NCBI GenBank assembly: GCA_951406725.2
Contig: OX597820.1
Location: 110,732,001 to 110,796,000 of the forward strand
Origin: Octopus vulgaris
Taxonomy: Eukaryota
Direction of reading: 5' to 3'
DNA length: 64,000 nt
Positions 1 through 13,050 of this stretch are shown here, piece after piece; within the stretch, counting starts at the first letter, position 1; each line of letters begins with the position of its first letter. The notes under the pieces were generated by a model. That model was given only the letters and a program-made list of their open reading frames with translations, was not told the DNA's origin and did not search any database. A program made the position numbers and the translations under genes.

Positions 1-825
1 TAGCTCAGAGGACCATCTCTCTCATATACATTTTTGGCTTGGTTTCTATGGCTAAATGCTCTTTCCTCACCAAACACATTACTGAGTATACTGGGTATTC
101 TTTATAGCACCAGCATAAGAGGGTTTTTCTTGTATACTATACACGTATAGAATTCTTACAATTCTAATAGACACATTACATATTTGCTAGTGACTGATGA
201 AAATTCCAAATTTTAATAAATAAACATTGTGTTTGACGTAGTAATCTTAATGAGAAACGGTTAATGTTTACTTTTCTGTACTTGCATGGATTAGATGGAA
301 TTCATTGATGCAGATTTTCTGTGACTGGATGCTCTTCCTGTCATCAGCTATTTTGTTTCCAAGTAAGGTAATATTTCCCTATGGTCAGGCATATTTTATA
401 TGAAAGTTTGGGAATAATTGACATTTCTTTACAACCATCATGTGATGTCAAGACAAGGACATACTCATATGCATAAATTATATATATCTACTATATAAAT
501 GTGAGTGTTTGTGGTTGTGTATGTGTGTTTAGCTCAGAAAGGTTCTGGAATGATGCATCCTTGAGAAAAACAAATTTGATTTTCAAAATCTGCGTCCCAG
601 AGAAAAGTTTTTCCAGCAATAATAATACAAAAATATAATTTGCTTTGATGACTCTCCTCCTTTCTATCTTTCCCCACCACTCTTTGCCACTGTTTGATAC
701 AGTAGCTGTGTTTTAGATGTTACAAGTATCTGTGGTGGTGGTGAGGTGTCCAAGGTAAGGTTTTTTTGGCATCACCAGATGTTAGTAGTGTAACCATCAT
801 CTGTCTCCCTCCTTTCTGTTTACAG

Positions 826-987
826 GAAAGTTCTAAAAACCGTATTCAAATAATGAAAGATGAGAATGATGAATTGGTGAAGAGTATAGCTGAAAAGATG
901 GGACTTCATCCAATTGGCTGGATTTTCACTGATCTTATGGCTGAGGACTTGAAGAAAGCAACTGTGAAACATTATAGAGGCAATCAG
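826..987 (+). CDS. NPLOC4: NPL4 homolog, internal exon (first in window; upstream exons lie outside)
   Basis: Pyrimidine tract + TACAG acceptor, CAG|GTAC donor, 54 codons, phase 0/0. Peptide ESSKNRIQ...MGLHPIGWIFTDLMAEDLKKATVKHYRGNQ has the NPL4 GWIFTDL motif. Confidence 0.95.
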
Positions 988-1209
988 GTACAATTTTAAA
1001 ATCCATTTTATAAAGACAAATGTGTAGTGACAGCAGTATATGTTCCAGTACTTTATTTTCTGAGTTCAAATTTTGCTGAGGTTAACTTTCATCCAATTTG
1101 AGTTGATAATAGAAAGTATCATTCAAGTATTGGTGTTGATTTAATCAGCTAACCCCTTAACATCTCTAGCTTTGTACCTCTATTAGAAACAAACCATTGT
1201 TGTTGTTGT

Positions 1210-1735
1210 TAAGATGATGAGTTGGCAGAATCGTTAGCACGCCAGGTAAAATGCTTTGCAGCATTTCATATGTCTTTACATTCTGAGTTCAAATTCCACT
1301 GAGCATGACTTTGCCTTTCATCCTTTAGGATTAATAAAATAAGTACCAGTTGAGCATTGGGGTTGATGTAATTGACTTGCTCCCATTCATGAACTTGCTA
1401 GCCTTGTACCAAAATTTGAAACCAATATCAAGGTGGTGAACTAGCAAAGTTGTTAGCATATTGTCAGAATACTTAGTGTCATGTAACGAGTTCAAATCAC
1501 AATGAAGTTAACTTTGATTTTCATCTTTTCAGGGTCGATAAAATAAAACCCCAGTAAAGTACTGGAGTTGATGGTATTGACTAATGCCACTCTCCTTAAA
1601 AAATTGCTGGTATGTGTCAAAATTAGAAAGAATAATAGTAATAATCCTTTCTACTATTGACACATGGCCTGAAAATTTGTGGGAGGGGTCTAGTTGATCT
1701 CATTGGCTCTATCTAGTACTTGACTGGTACTTAAG
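1210..1735. mobile_element. cluster of degenerate SINE copies
   Basis: Repeated blocks TGGCAGAATCGTTAGCA...GAGTTCAAATTCC...GACTTTGCCTTTCATCC...ATAAAATAAGTACCAG. Related pieces near 1060-1190, 31435-31550 and 32960-33150. Confidence 0.6.
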
Positions 1736-2761
1736 CACTGGATTTGATTTAACTGATTGTGTGCTTCTCTGAAGTTTGTAGTCTAGTACCTCTGCTAGTA
1801 ACCATTATTAGAAAGATGGCAGAATTGGAAGAATGTCAGGAAGCTTTGTGGTATTTAGTTACCCTACTTTTCATTCTGGATTCAAATCATGCTTGCAATA
1901 ATTGTTTTAAATTCAATCCTCTTTTGAGTTTGCTTTTAAAGTTGATAAAGAAAGAGAACCAGGATTGATTCAGTGACACAGTCATCATTTAAAAGTGGTC
2001 CTTATGTTTAATTGGTAGTATACACCTTTTTTATGGATAGTGATCTGGCTTAGACTGTTGAACTGTCGGTATTACATTACACTATTGATGCTGTTCATAT
2101 CATAAGGATTTACAAAGTTTGGAAGTTATGAAATTAATTTTTTTCCTTTTTAACAGTGGAACTCAAAATAGTTAAAACTAAAAATAATAGAATATTGGAT
2201 GGAAAAATTCTTGCCGGTAAGAACAGTGCTTCTGAAATAGATATAGTAAATTTAAAATGTTGCTTTGGTATAATGGTTGAACATTTTTCATGTTTAAGAT
2301 GTGGGTTTGAGTCCTACTGGCAGCATGTGACTTTCCTTCCAAAGGGTTTTTCTAAACCCAATATTCTACATGCTATTACTTATAACTTTATCTACTTCAA
2401 TTTCCACCATTAAAAGAAATGATTTATTTCACACAAGCAGTATAACCCGGCCTTGCCGGGGATTAAGTTACGATTATTAAGCTAATCAAGTTCTTTATTT
2501 CAAACCAAACTAAGTAATATAGATGTCAAATTTGGGCGAAATCCACTGAAATTAGTTATATTATATATATATAATAATAAATATTAGGGAATAAATCCAA
2601 ATTTACAAGGAAAAATCAGATTTAAGATTGAATCCAATTTTATAATAAAATATTATATTATAATAAATTAGAGACAAAACCACTATTATGCAAATCAAAC
2701 AAAGAAAGACTTAAGCCAATACATAAAATAATTTATATAAATTAAAATTTAACAAATGAAT

Positions 2762-2813
2762 AACCACTATGATCGTTTCGTGTCAGCACATCTTAGACAT
2801 TCTTCAGGTGGTT
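2762..2813 (-). ncRNA. type I hammerhead ribozyme motif (inverted copy)
   Basis: Reverse complement AACCAC-CTGAAGA-ATGTC..GACAC-GAAA-CGATCATA-GTGGTT. Confidence 0.65.
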
Positions 2814-2951
2814 TCTAAACCTTCTTAGCGAGTTATAAACTATAACTCGCTAAGAAGGTTTAGAAACCACCTGAAGAATGTCTAAGATGTGCTGACACGT
2901 TCTAAACCTTCTTAGCGAGTTATAGTTTATAACTCGCTAAGAAGGTTTAGA

Positions 2952-3003
2952 AACCACCTGAAGAATGTCTAAGATGTGCTGACACGAAACGATCATAGTG
3001 GTT
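2952..3003 (+). ncRNA. type I hammerhead ribozyme motif
   Basis: Stem I AACCAC/GTGGTT, core CTGAAGA, stem II TGTC/GACA, GAAA, near-palindromic stem III ACGATCAT-A. Confidence 0.65.
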
Positions 3004-3100
3004 ATTCATTTGTTAAATTTTAATTTATATAAATTATCTTATGTATTGGCTTAAGTCTTTCTTTGTTTGATTTGCATAATAGTGGTTTTGTCTCTAATTT

Positions 3101-3139
<39 letters not shown>

Positions 3140-3140
<1 letters not shown>

Positions 3141-3538
3141 TTTATACTTGTTTCAGTCATTTGACTGTGGCCATGCTGGAGCACCACCTTTTTAGTCGAG
3201 CAAATCGACCCCAGGACTTATTCTTTGTAAGCCTAGTACTTATTCTATCGGTCTCTTTTGCCGAACCGCTAAGTTACGGGGACGTAAACACACCAGCATC
3301 GGTTGTCAAGTGATGTTGGAGGGGACAAATACAGACACACAAACATATACACACACACATATATATATATACATATATACGACGGGCTTCTTTCAGTTTC
3401 CGTCTACCAAATCCACTCATAAGGCTTTGGTCGGCCCGAGGCTATAGTAGAAGACACTTGCCCAAGGTGCCATGCAGTGGGACTGAATCCGGAACCATGT
3501 GGTTGGTAAGCAAGCTACTTACCACACAGCCACTCCTA
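3140..3538 (-). mobile_element. tRNA-derived SINE, abundant family (family A)
   Basis: Minus-strand head GGAGTGGCTGTGTGGTAAG (A box)...GGATTCAGTCC (B box), internal microsatellite, tail GACTGAAACAAGTA. At least 4 near-full copies in the window. Confidence 0.85.
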
Positions 3539-5360
3539 TAATATAAATATATATGGGCAACAGACACGAACACACATACACACACGTACGTACGTACACC
3601 TATTGCATGTTTTGTGCACGCATACATGTTCATAAACAAAAATTAATGGAAAAAATGTTGTTAAATTTGTAGATTAACACTCGCACAATTTTCACTAAGA
3701 AAATAATCATATTTTTTGCATGGAATCAACTACTCTGGCCTCAAAACCCTTTTTGTGGTCCGTGAAATGGAGTGGGGTGTGGTGGAAGCCTCGCAAATTG
3801 TACCCATTTATATGGTGTAATTCACTGACAAATTGTTACTCTCCTCTTTGTTTCTTTGTTGTTAAATAAATGGATTGTCAACAAAACACTTTTTTATTTA
3901 GCGTAAAATAAACACAAAACTCTTTCGCACCCAAAGTAATGTGTGTGAGAGAGAGAGTTGGGGAGAAAAATGATCGATTTAAAATAAATATATTGTAATT
4001 GTTGTGTGAGAAGGTATATATACTATGATTATAAAATATAGTGTGCCTTTCAAAAACAAAAAACAAAACATTTTACATTTTATTTCTCTCTCCCTCTCTC
4101 ACTTTGTCTTTCCCGTGAAACTCTCTGCCTCCTTCTTCCACTTTTCTTTATCTTATATTTTTTTTGTTAGACACCATCAAAAAGCAATGGCTGATATTTG
4201 TTATGGTTAAAAGCTATGGTTGAAAATAGATTTTTACCCTATCCGCGGGTGCCTCAGGAAAAAAATAAGTTGACAAAACCCAGATAGGATGTTGACAAAT
4301 GTCCTCCTAAAATTTGAGCGACATGCATGCTAATTTGTGAATGTGCATAAATTACAATCACATACACACACACACGCGCACACACATCCTCCCTTTTATA
4401 GATATGATATCTCAAAGTTTCTAAATTATTATGATGTAAACAACATGCAATTCTTGCTGGTAAGAATAAAGCTTCTAAAATGGATAGAGAACATTTGAAA
4501 GGTTGCTTTGGTAGTCCCTCTGGCAGCCTTTGACGTTTTTGTTTCAAAGGGATTTTTTTTAACCAATATTCTACCTGCTGTCACGGTAAGAACAAAGCAT
4601 CTAAAATGGATAGAGAGCATTTTTAAGTATAATAGTAGAATGTCTGTCATGTTTACAGCTGTAGGTTTGTGTCTCACAGGCAACCTTCAATTTTTTTCAC
4701 CCAAAGGTTTTTTCTTTCAACTCAGTATTAAATTGTAAAATAACATGCTGTTATTTATAGCTTTTACTTTTGATGATATTCCAACCTTTGATTTTTATAT
4801 TTGGCTGACAATACGTTGTTTTGGCCAGTTATAACCCTGCTACCATTAACATAGAAGAAAATATGATTCTCTATGGAAAAATACCACATGACTTTACTTG
4901 CAGGCCAACCTGACAGAGGATGCCCTTGGACAAAACATTTAATGCTCACTAAAGTCATTTTCATTACCTGTAAGTAGGTATCACAGATAGACATATTCCT
5001 CTACTGAAAACAGTAGGAGACACATTTCTCTACTGAAAACGGTGAGGACTGTATCATTGACTGTTGCATTGTTAACTTGCTGAGTTCAAATGTTCCCATG
5101 AGTATTATACAGAAACAAATATATACCTCTTGGCTGTTGTAGATACTATATACATGAAGGGAAAGTGTCTTCAGTTTGTGTTTCCAATTAAGATGTGGGT
5201 TATAGGACTCACACATCATCTGTACCTTTTTTTTTTGTTTTATTTTTATATCAGGTTTGTTTTTGTAAGTCATTAATGGGTTTGCTGAAGTAAGTATTTC
5301 CATCATTGAATGTCTGTTACTCAACTAACACCAACTGTTCAACTATGTTTCTTTGTTCAG

Positions 5361-5648
5361 GATTCACATTATTTGAGTGCAGAAGAGTGCATCATGGCTG
5401 CTGAGTTTCAAAACAAATACCCTAATCCTTGCCAATATTCTGCTGAAGGCAAGTTTGGTTCCAAGTGTGTAACTGTTGTGGTGACAGGTGACAGTAAAAA
5501 CCAAGTTCACTTTGAAGGTTACCAAGTTTCCAACCAATGCATGGCGTTAGTTCGAGATAATTGTCTGATTCCGACTAAAGATGCACCAGAGCTGGGCTAT
5601 GTGAAAGAATCTTCCAGTAAACAGTTTGTTCCTGATGTCTTCTACAAG
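5361..5648 (+). CDS. NPLOC4: NPL4 homolog internal exon
   Basis: TTCAG acceptor, AAG|GTAG donor, 96 codons: DSHYLSAEECIMAAEFQNKYPNPC...FGSKCVTVVVTGD...FEGYQVSNQCMALVRD...VPDVFYK, typical NPL4 core. Confidence 0.97.
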
Positions 5649-5999
5649 GTAGAAATCCATCTATCATTTTTGGCATTGTTATTATTTCGCCATCATTGTC
5701 ATTGTCATCATTTTCATCTCATCATTATCATCATTAGTTGCTATTGCCATCAGTCACTGTCAATCACTGCTGCCATTAATCGCTGTATTTGTCAGTTATC
5801 GTCATCATTGTTGTTGTCATTATTATCATGATCATCATTATTTTGGTGTCCATTTTCTTTACATGTATTAGTTGGTGTTTAATGTACCTGCACATTTGCC
5901 ACATGTAAAGACTACTTTCTCTGTTAGCTTGCACTGGGTGCACCTTATGGAGTTTCTCCTGATACCTTTTCTGCATATTGAGTTAGGGGAGATGCAGAA

Positions 6000-7230
6000 A
6001 GGAGGAAGTCTACTAATGTTCTACAACATTAGGACCAGAGGCTTGAAGTGTTTTGGATTGCAAAAGAGTGTATGAGAGAAAATTGTGAAATGGTAGGAGA
6101 GAAATGTGTCCGCATGGATGATGGCTCACTTGCAGTTAGTGATTCTGCAAAGAAGGAGGCTTAGAAGTGTCACAATAAAAGGTTGCTAAATGTAGAGAAT
6201 GCATGAGAGAAAGAGAGCCTGTCTAATGTGGACCCAACAGGTGGGCTGGCTATCTGAATTAACAGTAACTTAGTGGATAAAGCAATAAAGGATATGAAAA
6301 CAAGGAAAGCCTCTGGCCCATCAGGTGTCACTGCTGAGATGCTTAAAATATCTGGTGGAGTAGAATATGACCTGGTCACCCATATAGTTAATCAGGTTGT
6401 CTCTGACACAATCTCTTACAATCCAAAACATTTCAAGCCTCTGGTCTACATGTTGTAGAACATTGGCAGACTTCCCCATTTCTGCATCTCCCCTGGGTAA
6501 GTATACCTGTTTTCTAGCCTCCTTCCTAGCTACCCAATGAATGGTGTAGCAGTATTATAGTCAGCTACTACAAAGCAAGGGTGATGCCATAGACAAATCA
6601 AATTATTAGACCAGGTGATGAAAGTTGCAGAAGGGTCATAGCTCAATTAATTAGGAAGAGAGTTAGCATAGATGAGATGCAGTTTGAATTTGTGCAGGGG
6701 AGAAGTACCATCAATACTATCTTCCTGGTGAGGCAACTGCAGGAGAAATACTTAACCAAAAATAAACCACTGCATCTGGCTTTTGTTGACATGCAGAAAG
6801 ACTTAGAGTCTGCCACTCCCTTATCTACTGGGCAATGCACATAGCTAGGGACAGGTGAGTGGTTAGTGAGAGCTGCACAAGCCATGTACAGGGATGCTGT
6901 CAGTAAAGTGAGAGTCACCAATAAGTATAGTAAGGAGTTGAATGTACAAGTAGGAGGCCACCAGGGATCGGCTATTAGCCCCCTACTTGTTTATTTTAGT
7001 TTTCCAAGCTATAACTAAATAATTTAAGACTGGCTACCCTTGAGAGCTCCTATATGCTGATGACCTTGTTCTTATTGCTGAATCACTACCAGAACTAGAG
7101 AAGAAATTTCAGGTGTGGAAGCATGGACTGGAATCAAAGGGTTTTACAGTTAATTTAGCAAAGACCAAAGTATTGATAAGAAAACAGACAAATTACAGAT
7201 CTCTTCAGAGAGGTGGCTCAACTCAATATA
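6000..7230 (+). mobile_element. degenerate RTE-clade LINE reverse transcriptase fragment in an NPL4 intron
   Basis: KASGPSGVTAEMLK, STINTIFLVRQLQEKY...LAFVDMQK, HQGSAISPLL, LLYADDLVL, with stops and frameshifts. Confidence 0.85.
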
Positions 7231-8281
7231 GGGTTGTTACACTTTACTCTTTTACTCATTTCAGCTATACGGCTGCGGTCATGCTGCAGCTCCACTGTGT
7301 GACTAAATAAGTAATGCAGTAATTTGGATGAGACTACTGGTGGGGGGAGCTATGAGAACCTTCTGGCACAGAGGAGAGATTTCTGGTTCAGAGAAGAGGT
7401 TTCTTTTACAGGCGAGAAATTTCCAGTACAGAGGAGAAATTTCTGGTATAGGTGGTAGGGGTGGGATTGGGTGGGCACATTGCATATAAGGGAAGGGTAG
7501 AAAGGGTAGAAAGACGGTTCCTTTCTTAGCTTTAACAAAAGTAAAGAGACAGGAGAACAGTTAAATTACAGGTGGGTTAGTATTTTATGAGGTAGAAATG
7601 TAAATAGATGAATGATGTAGGTAGAGTAGAAGGCACACTTAGCTAGACATGATACACATGGCCAAGAGCAAGCAATGTAGATTGTTGTTAAATCTTGTGA
7701 ACCAATTCTGTAATATATATATACATGCAATGGTGTAATTTTTACACATACCATGATAGTTTCTTAATATTTGTGTTGGTTGTTCAGGTTAGATGATATT
7801 GTAAATGTAAATATCTGTAGGAATTGTTGTTATAGGGGCTTCACTGACCCCTAACTAATATCAACCACTTTATGAACCATTGATACAATCTCTGTGCAGT
7901 TGTACAATCTGTAAGAAATAGTAACAAAATCTTCCTCAAACCATTTTCCCTCATCTGAAAAAAAAAAAAGAAAGATATATTGGATAATGTGGTTTTACTA
8001 TATCTGAAATCTTGACCTGGGACTATTCTGTGTAGTGGATGGTATTACAGTTGGCTATCTTTCAATCTGTTACTAACACTGACCACTCCTCTGTGTAGTG
8101 GACAGTGTACAGTTGGTTCTGTGGCTAACACGGCCACTCTACTTTGTAGCACTTGTATGAATCATTTATAGTTAAAAAAGAAAATGTCCCTAAACTTGTA
8201 TTCTTCCATTTGTAGACTAATTGTTCCAGAAATGTGTATTATATGTGACTAGAGAACTGTGATTGTTGTCTGCTATTTTAG

Positions 8282-8452
8282 GTGAAAGATGAATATGGAA
8301 ATGAAGTGATAGAATTGGCACGACCATTACCTGTTGAGTATCTTCTGGTTGACATTCCATGTGCTTTTCCTGTATGTCCACGGTCTTTTTTCAATGTTTC
8401 TGCTAGCAAACCTTTCCCTGTTGAGAACCGTGAGAGCCTAGGCGAAATCCAG
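8282..8452 (+). CDS. NPLOC4: NPL4 homolog internal exon
   Basis: TTTTAG acceptor, CAG|GTGAG donor, 57 codons: VKDEYGNEVIELARPLPVEYLLVD...FPVENR...GEIQ. Confidence 0.97.
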
Positions 8453-9157
8453 GTGAGTTTCTCTTGATGTCTGTGATTATGGAAGGGTTTTGGATCATTG
8501 TCTGAAGGGTTGATGGTTACTTGTCACCACAACTGGAGATTATTGTCCGTGACTGAAATATACTTGATACTTACTGCTATTTGTATTTAACTCTTCATAT
8601 CAATCCACCTGTTTTAAAGTGATCTGAATTTAATCTTTCCATCAAACACCAGTTTAATAATGATAAAGTTACTTGACTAAATTCTTCATTTTCAAAATTA
8701 ATTGTATTTTAATATAAATGTGATTACAAAAGGGTTAAAGTGTGAGAAAAAAAAAGATGAGTAAACCTTAAGAGAAATTACAAGAGAAGACAGTAAGAGC
8801 CATGGAAGTATTTATGGAACAGAGGTAAAGAAAGAATGACCTGGTAATGAGAAAAAGATTGAACTAGATCAAGGGGAGAAAGAATACCAGCATAGGATTC
8901 CATATAAGAGATTTACAAAGATTATATTACCACCATGCTTTTGTACATTCTATGAGTTAATAATGACTAATGAGTTTGGCATATAACATCAGATGGTAGG
9001 AAGCTGTGATATTTATTTGTTGGTTTCTTGAGTATTTTTAAAGTTAGCAGTCTTCAGTTACAATTCTCAAACCAGCAGAAAACACTTCCCTATTACATTA
9101 AGAAGAGAAAACAATCTTTATTTGTTTTTATAATTTTGTTTATTTTTTTTGTTCAAG

Positions 9158-9274
9158 GACTTCAATGCTTTGGTACAGTACATGGAACAATTTCAACCCA
9201 ATGATTTTTTGGAAGCTATGTCAGATTTTCACCTTCTCTTGTTTCTTGCCACTTGTGATATGCTTCCACTCAAG
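9158..9274 (+). CDS. NPLOC4: NPL4 homolog internal exon (too short for the ORF track)
   Basis: T-rich tract + CAAG acceptor, AAG|GTAATG donor, 39 codons: DFNALVQYMEQFQPNDFLEAMSDFHLLLFLATCDMLPLK (SDFHLL motif). Confidence 0.95.
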
Positions 9275-10260
9275 GTAATGTCTTCATGAGACTTCTCTCT
9301 GTTACATGTCTCAACATTTCTCACATTTCATGCAGCTATATCTTAACATTTCCTTTTTTCTATTCTACATGTCTTAAAAACATCTTAAAATCTCCCACAT
9401 CTATCTCAGTTATATCTTAAAATATCTCACATTTCCTATTGATATCTTAACTCTCCCATATGTTTTCAATATCTCTTAACATCCCCCATTCCCTTTAGAT
9501 TTATCCTCCCCTTTCCAGATCCCTCACTTACAGCTTAACTTTTTGCCCATCCTTTCATTAAATCTCAACTTCTCTGCCATCTTTTATCATCATTTTAATG
9601 TTCACTTTTCCAAGCTTGCATGCGTCAGATATAGTTTATTGAAGCAGACTTTTCTACAGTCAGATGTCTTCCTTGTTTCCAAGCAAGGTAATATTTCCCT
9701 GTGGACAGACATGTTCTCACTGAATATTGGAAGTGAATGACACTACTTGTATGACAGTGACGCTCATTTACAACTATCACATGAGATACAAATCTGACAC
9801 ACTCACACATAATTACGTTTAAATTTCTCTCTTTTCTCCTCTCATATCTCTTATAGCTACATTTTAACATAATATTATCTGTTATTTATATCTTAATATC
9901 TTTCACTCATAGTTAAAATCTCTCATTTTTCATTGACATTTTAATATCTGCCACATCTCTTTGTGATGTCGTCACTCAAGGTCCAAATTCTGTATTGGCC
10001 TGTGCCAACATTCATTGGATTTCAAGAAATCTAAATTTGTATACCAGTCATCTTATTTACATGAAACCTTTTCTGACAGTTTGTATCGAGGTGAACACCT
10101 TATTATGAAAAACTAAATCCCAAACCTGTTTTTAGAATTCTTCATTTGTATTGCTGATGTTATTAAGAAAGGCATGAGTATCACAACATTCAATTCTTTG
10201 ATCTATCTATGTGTGTGAGTTGACTTGTCTGTGAAAGGAATCTTTATTTTTCTTTTTTAG

Positions 10261-10372
10261 GAAACTATTTCAATAATATTGGAAGCTGTGAAAACCAAAG
10301 ATAAAAACCTTGCACACAAGTTTAAGAAATCAGAAGAGTGGGCCACAGTTGAGGAGATGATGGCTGCTCAAG
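10261..10372 (+). CDS. NPLOC4: NPL4 homolog penultimate coding exon
   Basis: TTTTTTAG acceptor, AG|GTAAG donor, 37 codons + 1 nt (phase 1): ETISIILEAVKTKDKNLAHKFKKSEEWATVEEMMAAQ (SEEWATV matches NPL4). Confidence 0.92.
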
Positions 10373-10677
10373 GTAAGAATAAGTTAATATTGTTTTCAGA
10401 AATATAAGAAGCTCTCCTGAAGAAGTGATGGTTGCCTATCACTGGGTAATCTTTGTTTTATTCCATTCTCTCAGTAATACTTGCCTTAAGTTTGCTTTTG
10501 TATGGTTATTATTTTTATATTTTATTAATTAAATCTTTATATATTTCCTCTTTTGAATACATGAGGCTCTTTTAGAGAAGGTAAGCTTTGTTTTATCTAT
10601 AATGTTCAGTACAGTGAAGTAGACCACTTTTATGTATGGGTGCTCCCAGTGGTTTACTTCTGTCCTAGGGCAATAGT

Positions 10678-13050
10678 TTAACCCATTCGTTACTAATCTG
10701 GCCGAAAAATCTTTTGGTTCTTAATACCAACCCGGCCGAGAGAACCTATTGTTATTTAAATGTAAATTTGAACCCAAATCTCGTTGGTACATTCGTTAAC
10801 CCTTTCGTTACTATATTTCTGACCAAAATACACCCCTTATGTGTTTCAATTAATTTCTAACATAATCATAAATTTAGTCTGGTTTCATTAAACAACTATA
10901 ACTTTTTTATTTATCAATATATTAATGTGAATTTTGGAAGATAATTTAATGGAATGTTCCCAACCAATTCTATACTATAATTTTTGTCACAAAGTGACTC
11001 TAATTGCAGGTAGATTCAGGTAAATTCAACAAAATATAAAATTATTAAAATTTTGTTCAAACATCGCTCTAGAAAATGGGTTATTAGCTAATATTCAATT
11101 GGGTATACAACAAAATTTTACGATAGAATTTGTTATTCTGGGTAACTTTCTGATACCCATAATAATATTTATAGCAAAATAGTCTTAATTTCATTTAAGG
11201 TTATGGGAAACCACTAACTATCCTTTCTTTCGTTTTGTTTACATTTAGCATAACGGTTCATTTCCGCCGTAATGATTTCAAATAGGCTCAATCGAAAAAG
11301 TAAAAAGAAATAGTCTAAGGCTTTATTCTTCTGGGAAAGTATGTGGCTTGGTCCAGTTTCTTCAGAAAAATCACCGAAAGAAACAGTTTTTAAATTTTCA
11401 CTCCATTCGGGTGCCAATTCATTTTCTTTATCGCTGTCGGAGCTCTCGGATTCACTGTTTTCACTTTCGGAAAATGAAACATCAGATTCATTATCAAATA
11501 CCACGTGCTTTTTTTTTTCAGTCATAGAGTTAGATTTATCAAGGTCTTCAGTAGAAAATCCTTCGAATTCTGACTCGCTGCTTGATATAATGAAATTCGT
11601 ATCCATTTTTTGTCAGAATTACAAATTTTGAAAACACAATAGGAACAAATTTCGGAAAAAAATCTCCCAAAATTCACAGAATTAAAATTACACTTCTGTA
11701 CAAAACTGTAGTTGAACTGTTTACGAAGTATAATACGTGTTTTCACGAATGTACTAAAGAGATTTGCTCTGATATTCTCATTTAAATATGAATAGGTAAA
11801 TTCGGGCGGCTTTGGGTGGTTTGGTCACATTAACCAAAATTTTTTTCGGGCGGTTTGGTATCAAAAGGGTTAAAACATGTGATTTCACTTTGTAAGTAGT
11901 TGGCTTATAGTATCCGACATTGCTTGAAGTGATATCTCAACTCAGTGAATTTTGGAGATTTTTTTCCACATGTTTTTTGGCATCATTTTTCTTCAACTTT
12001 GAAAATGGATAGGAGTTTCATGTTATCAAGCATTGATTCCGAATTTAAAGCTTTTTCAACGGAAAATAGGGAGATATCGAGAAAAAGAATGAAATAGGTA
12101 CTAAAGCACGTGGTGTACAATAATTAATAGGATATTTTTTTATCCGAAAATGAAAGCGATTCCGAAAAAACAAAGTGGCGATTGCGACAGCAAAGACGAT
12201 TTTACATCAGAATGAAGTAAAAAACTTAAAAAATGTTTTTATTAGCAATTTTTCTAGGAGATAAAGTTTATCTATAGTCTTTCTTAGGAAGCGAAACCAT
12301 TAGACTTTTATTTTTTTCAGTATGCTAGTTTGAAGCATTCACTTCAGAAACAAACTTACGCCGAATGTAAACAAACACTGGAAGTTATTGTTTGAAGCGA
12401 TCAATGCGGAAACAAATTTACGCAGATTGTAAGCAAACACAAAATGGGGGATCAAAGTTTGGAAAATTTGTGAAGTAAATACTGGGTACTGCGTGGATTT
12501 AGTTTTTATGCAGGGAAAATAATGTTAGTCAGCATGGCCTAGAGAACGATGTGGTCTGGAATTTATCACTTCCATACCATACCGTATATTATTTTTTGAC
12601 CGATTTCTTTAGTTCGGTCAAACTTGCGGTGGATTCCAGTATTTCAGTTTATTCCATCTTTATGGTACACCTGTTGTGCATTAAATTCAACTGATGATCT
12701 AGTGATGTGCACAATTCTTCTTTATCAAAATTTTGTTGCATACCCATTTGAATATTAGCTGATGATTCATTTTCTATGGTGATGTTTAAACAAAATTTTA
12801 ATATTTTTACCTTTTGCTCAATTTACCTGGATTTACCTGTAATTAAAGTCACTTTGAGACAAAAGTTATGCAATAGAATTGATTAAGAACCCTTTCTTTA
12901 ATTATGTTCCAAATATCACATTAAAATGTTGATAAGTAAAAAAGTTACAGTTATTTAATGAAACAAGCCTAAATTCATGATTATTTTAGAATTTAATTGA
13001 AACTCATGAAGGGTGTATTTTGGTCAGAAATATAGTAACGAAAGGGGTAA
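10678..13050 (+). mobile_element. piggyBac-like non-autonomous element (outer copy), interrupted by an inverted related copy
   Basis: TTAA-CCCATTCGTTAC left end, GTAACGAAAGGG-GTAA right end. 11874-13050 is a diverged reverse complement of 10800-11869. Confidence 0.75.
10796..11873 (-). mobile_element. piggyBac-like internally deleted element (inner copy) with transposase N-terminal remnant
   Basis: TTAA duplication at both ends, CCCTTT/AAAGGG termini. ORF 11214-11606 has an acidic Ser/Glu/Asp N-terminus then GP...LDYFFLLF...IITAEMNRYA, like piggyBac/PGBD transposases. Confidence 0.85.

Larger units (their letters stand above)
2654..3111. repeat. nested palindrome/fold-back derived from a PLE terminal repeat
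   Basis: Arms 2654-2865 and 2900-3111 are near-perfect reverse complements. The terminus TGTTTGATTTGC.TAATAGTGGTTTT.TCTCTAATTT is shared with the PLE end at ~51120-51170. Confidence 0.9.
2433..4408 (-). mobile_element. non-autonomous Helitron-like element hosting a nested PLE fold-back and a SINE
   Basis: Left end AGCAGTATAACCCGGCCTTGCCGGG resembles the hairpin + CTAG 3' end at 13350. The right end resembles the 5' end at ~16009. Confidence 0.4.

Noticed and set aside
2813-2952. Repeated ~50-bp palindromic units that superficially resemble a CRISPR array
   Set aside because: Eukaryotic context, only two units, no unique spacers, no cas genes. Explained by the PLE fold-back.
3440-3538. tRNA-like A and B boxes here and at 29589, 47990, 51290 and 58740
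   Set aside because: SINE heads continuous with SINE bodies. No complete cloverleaf, so not tRNA genes.
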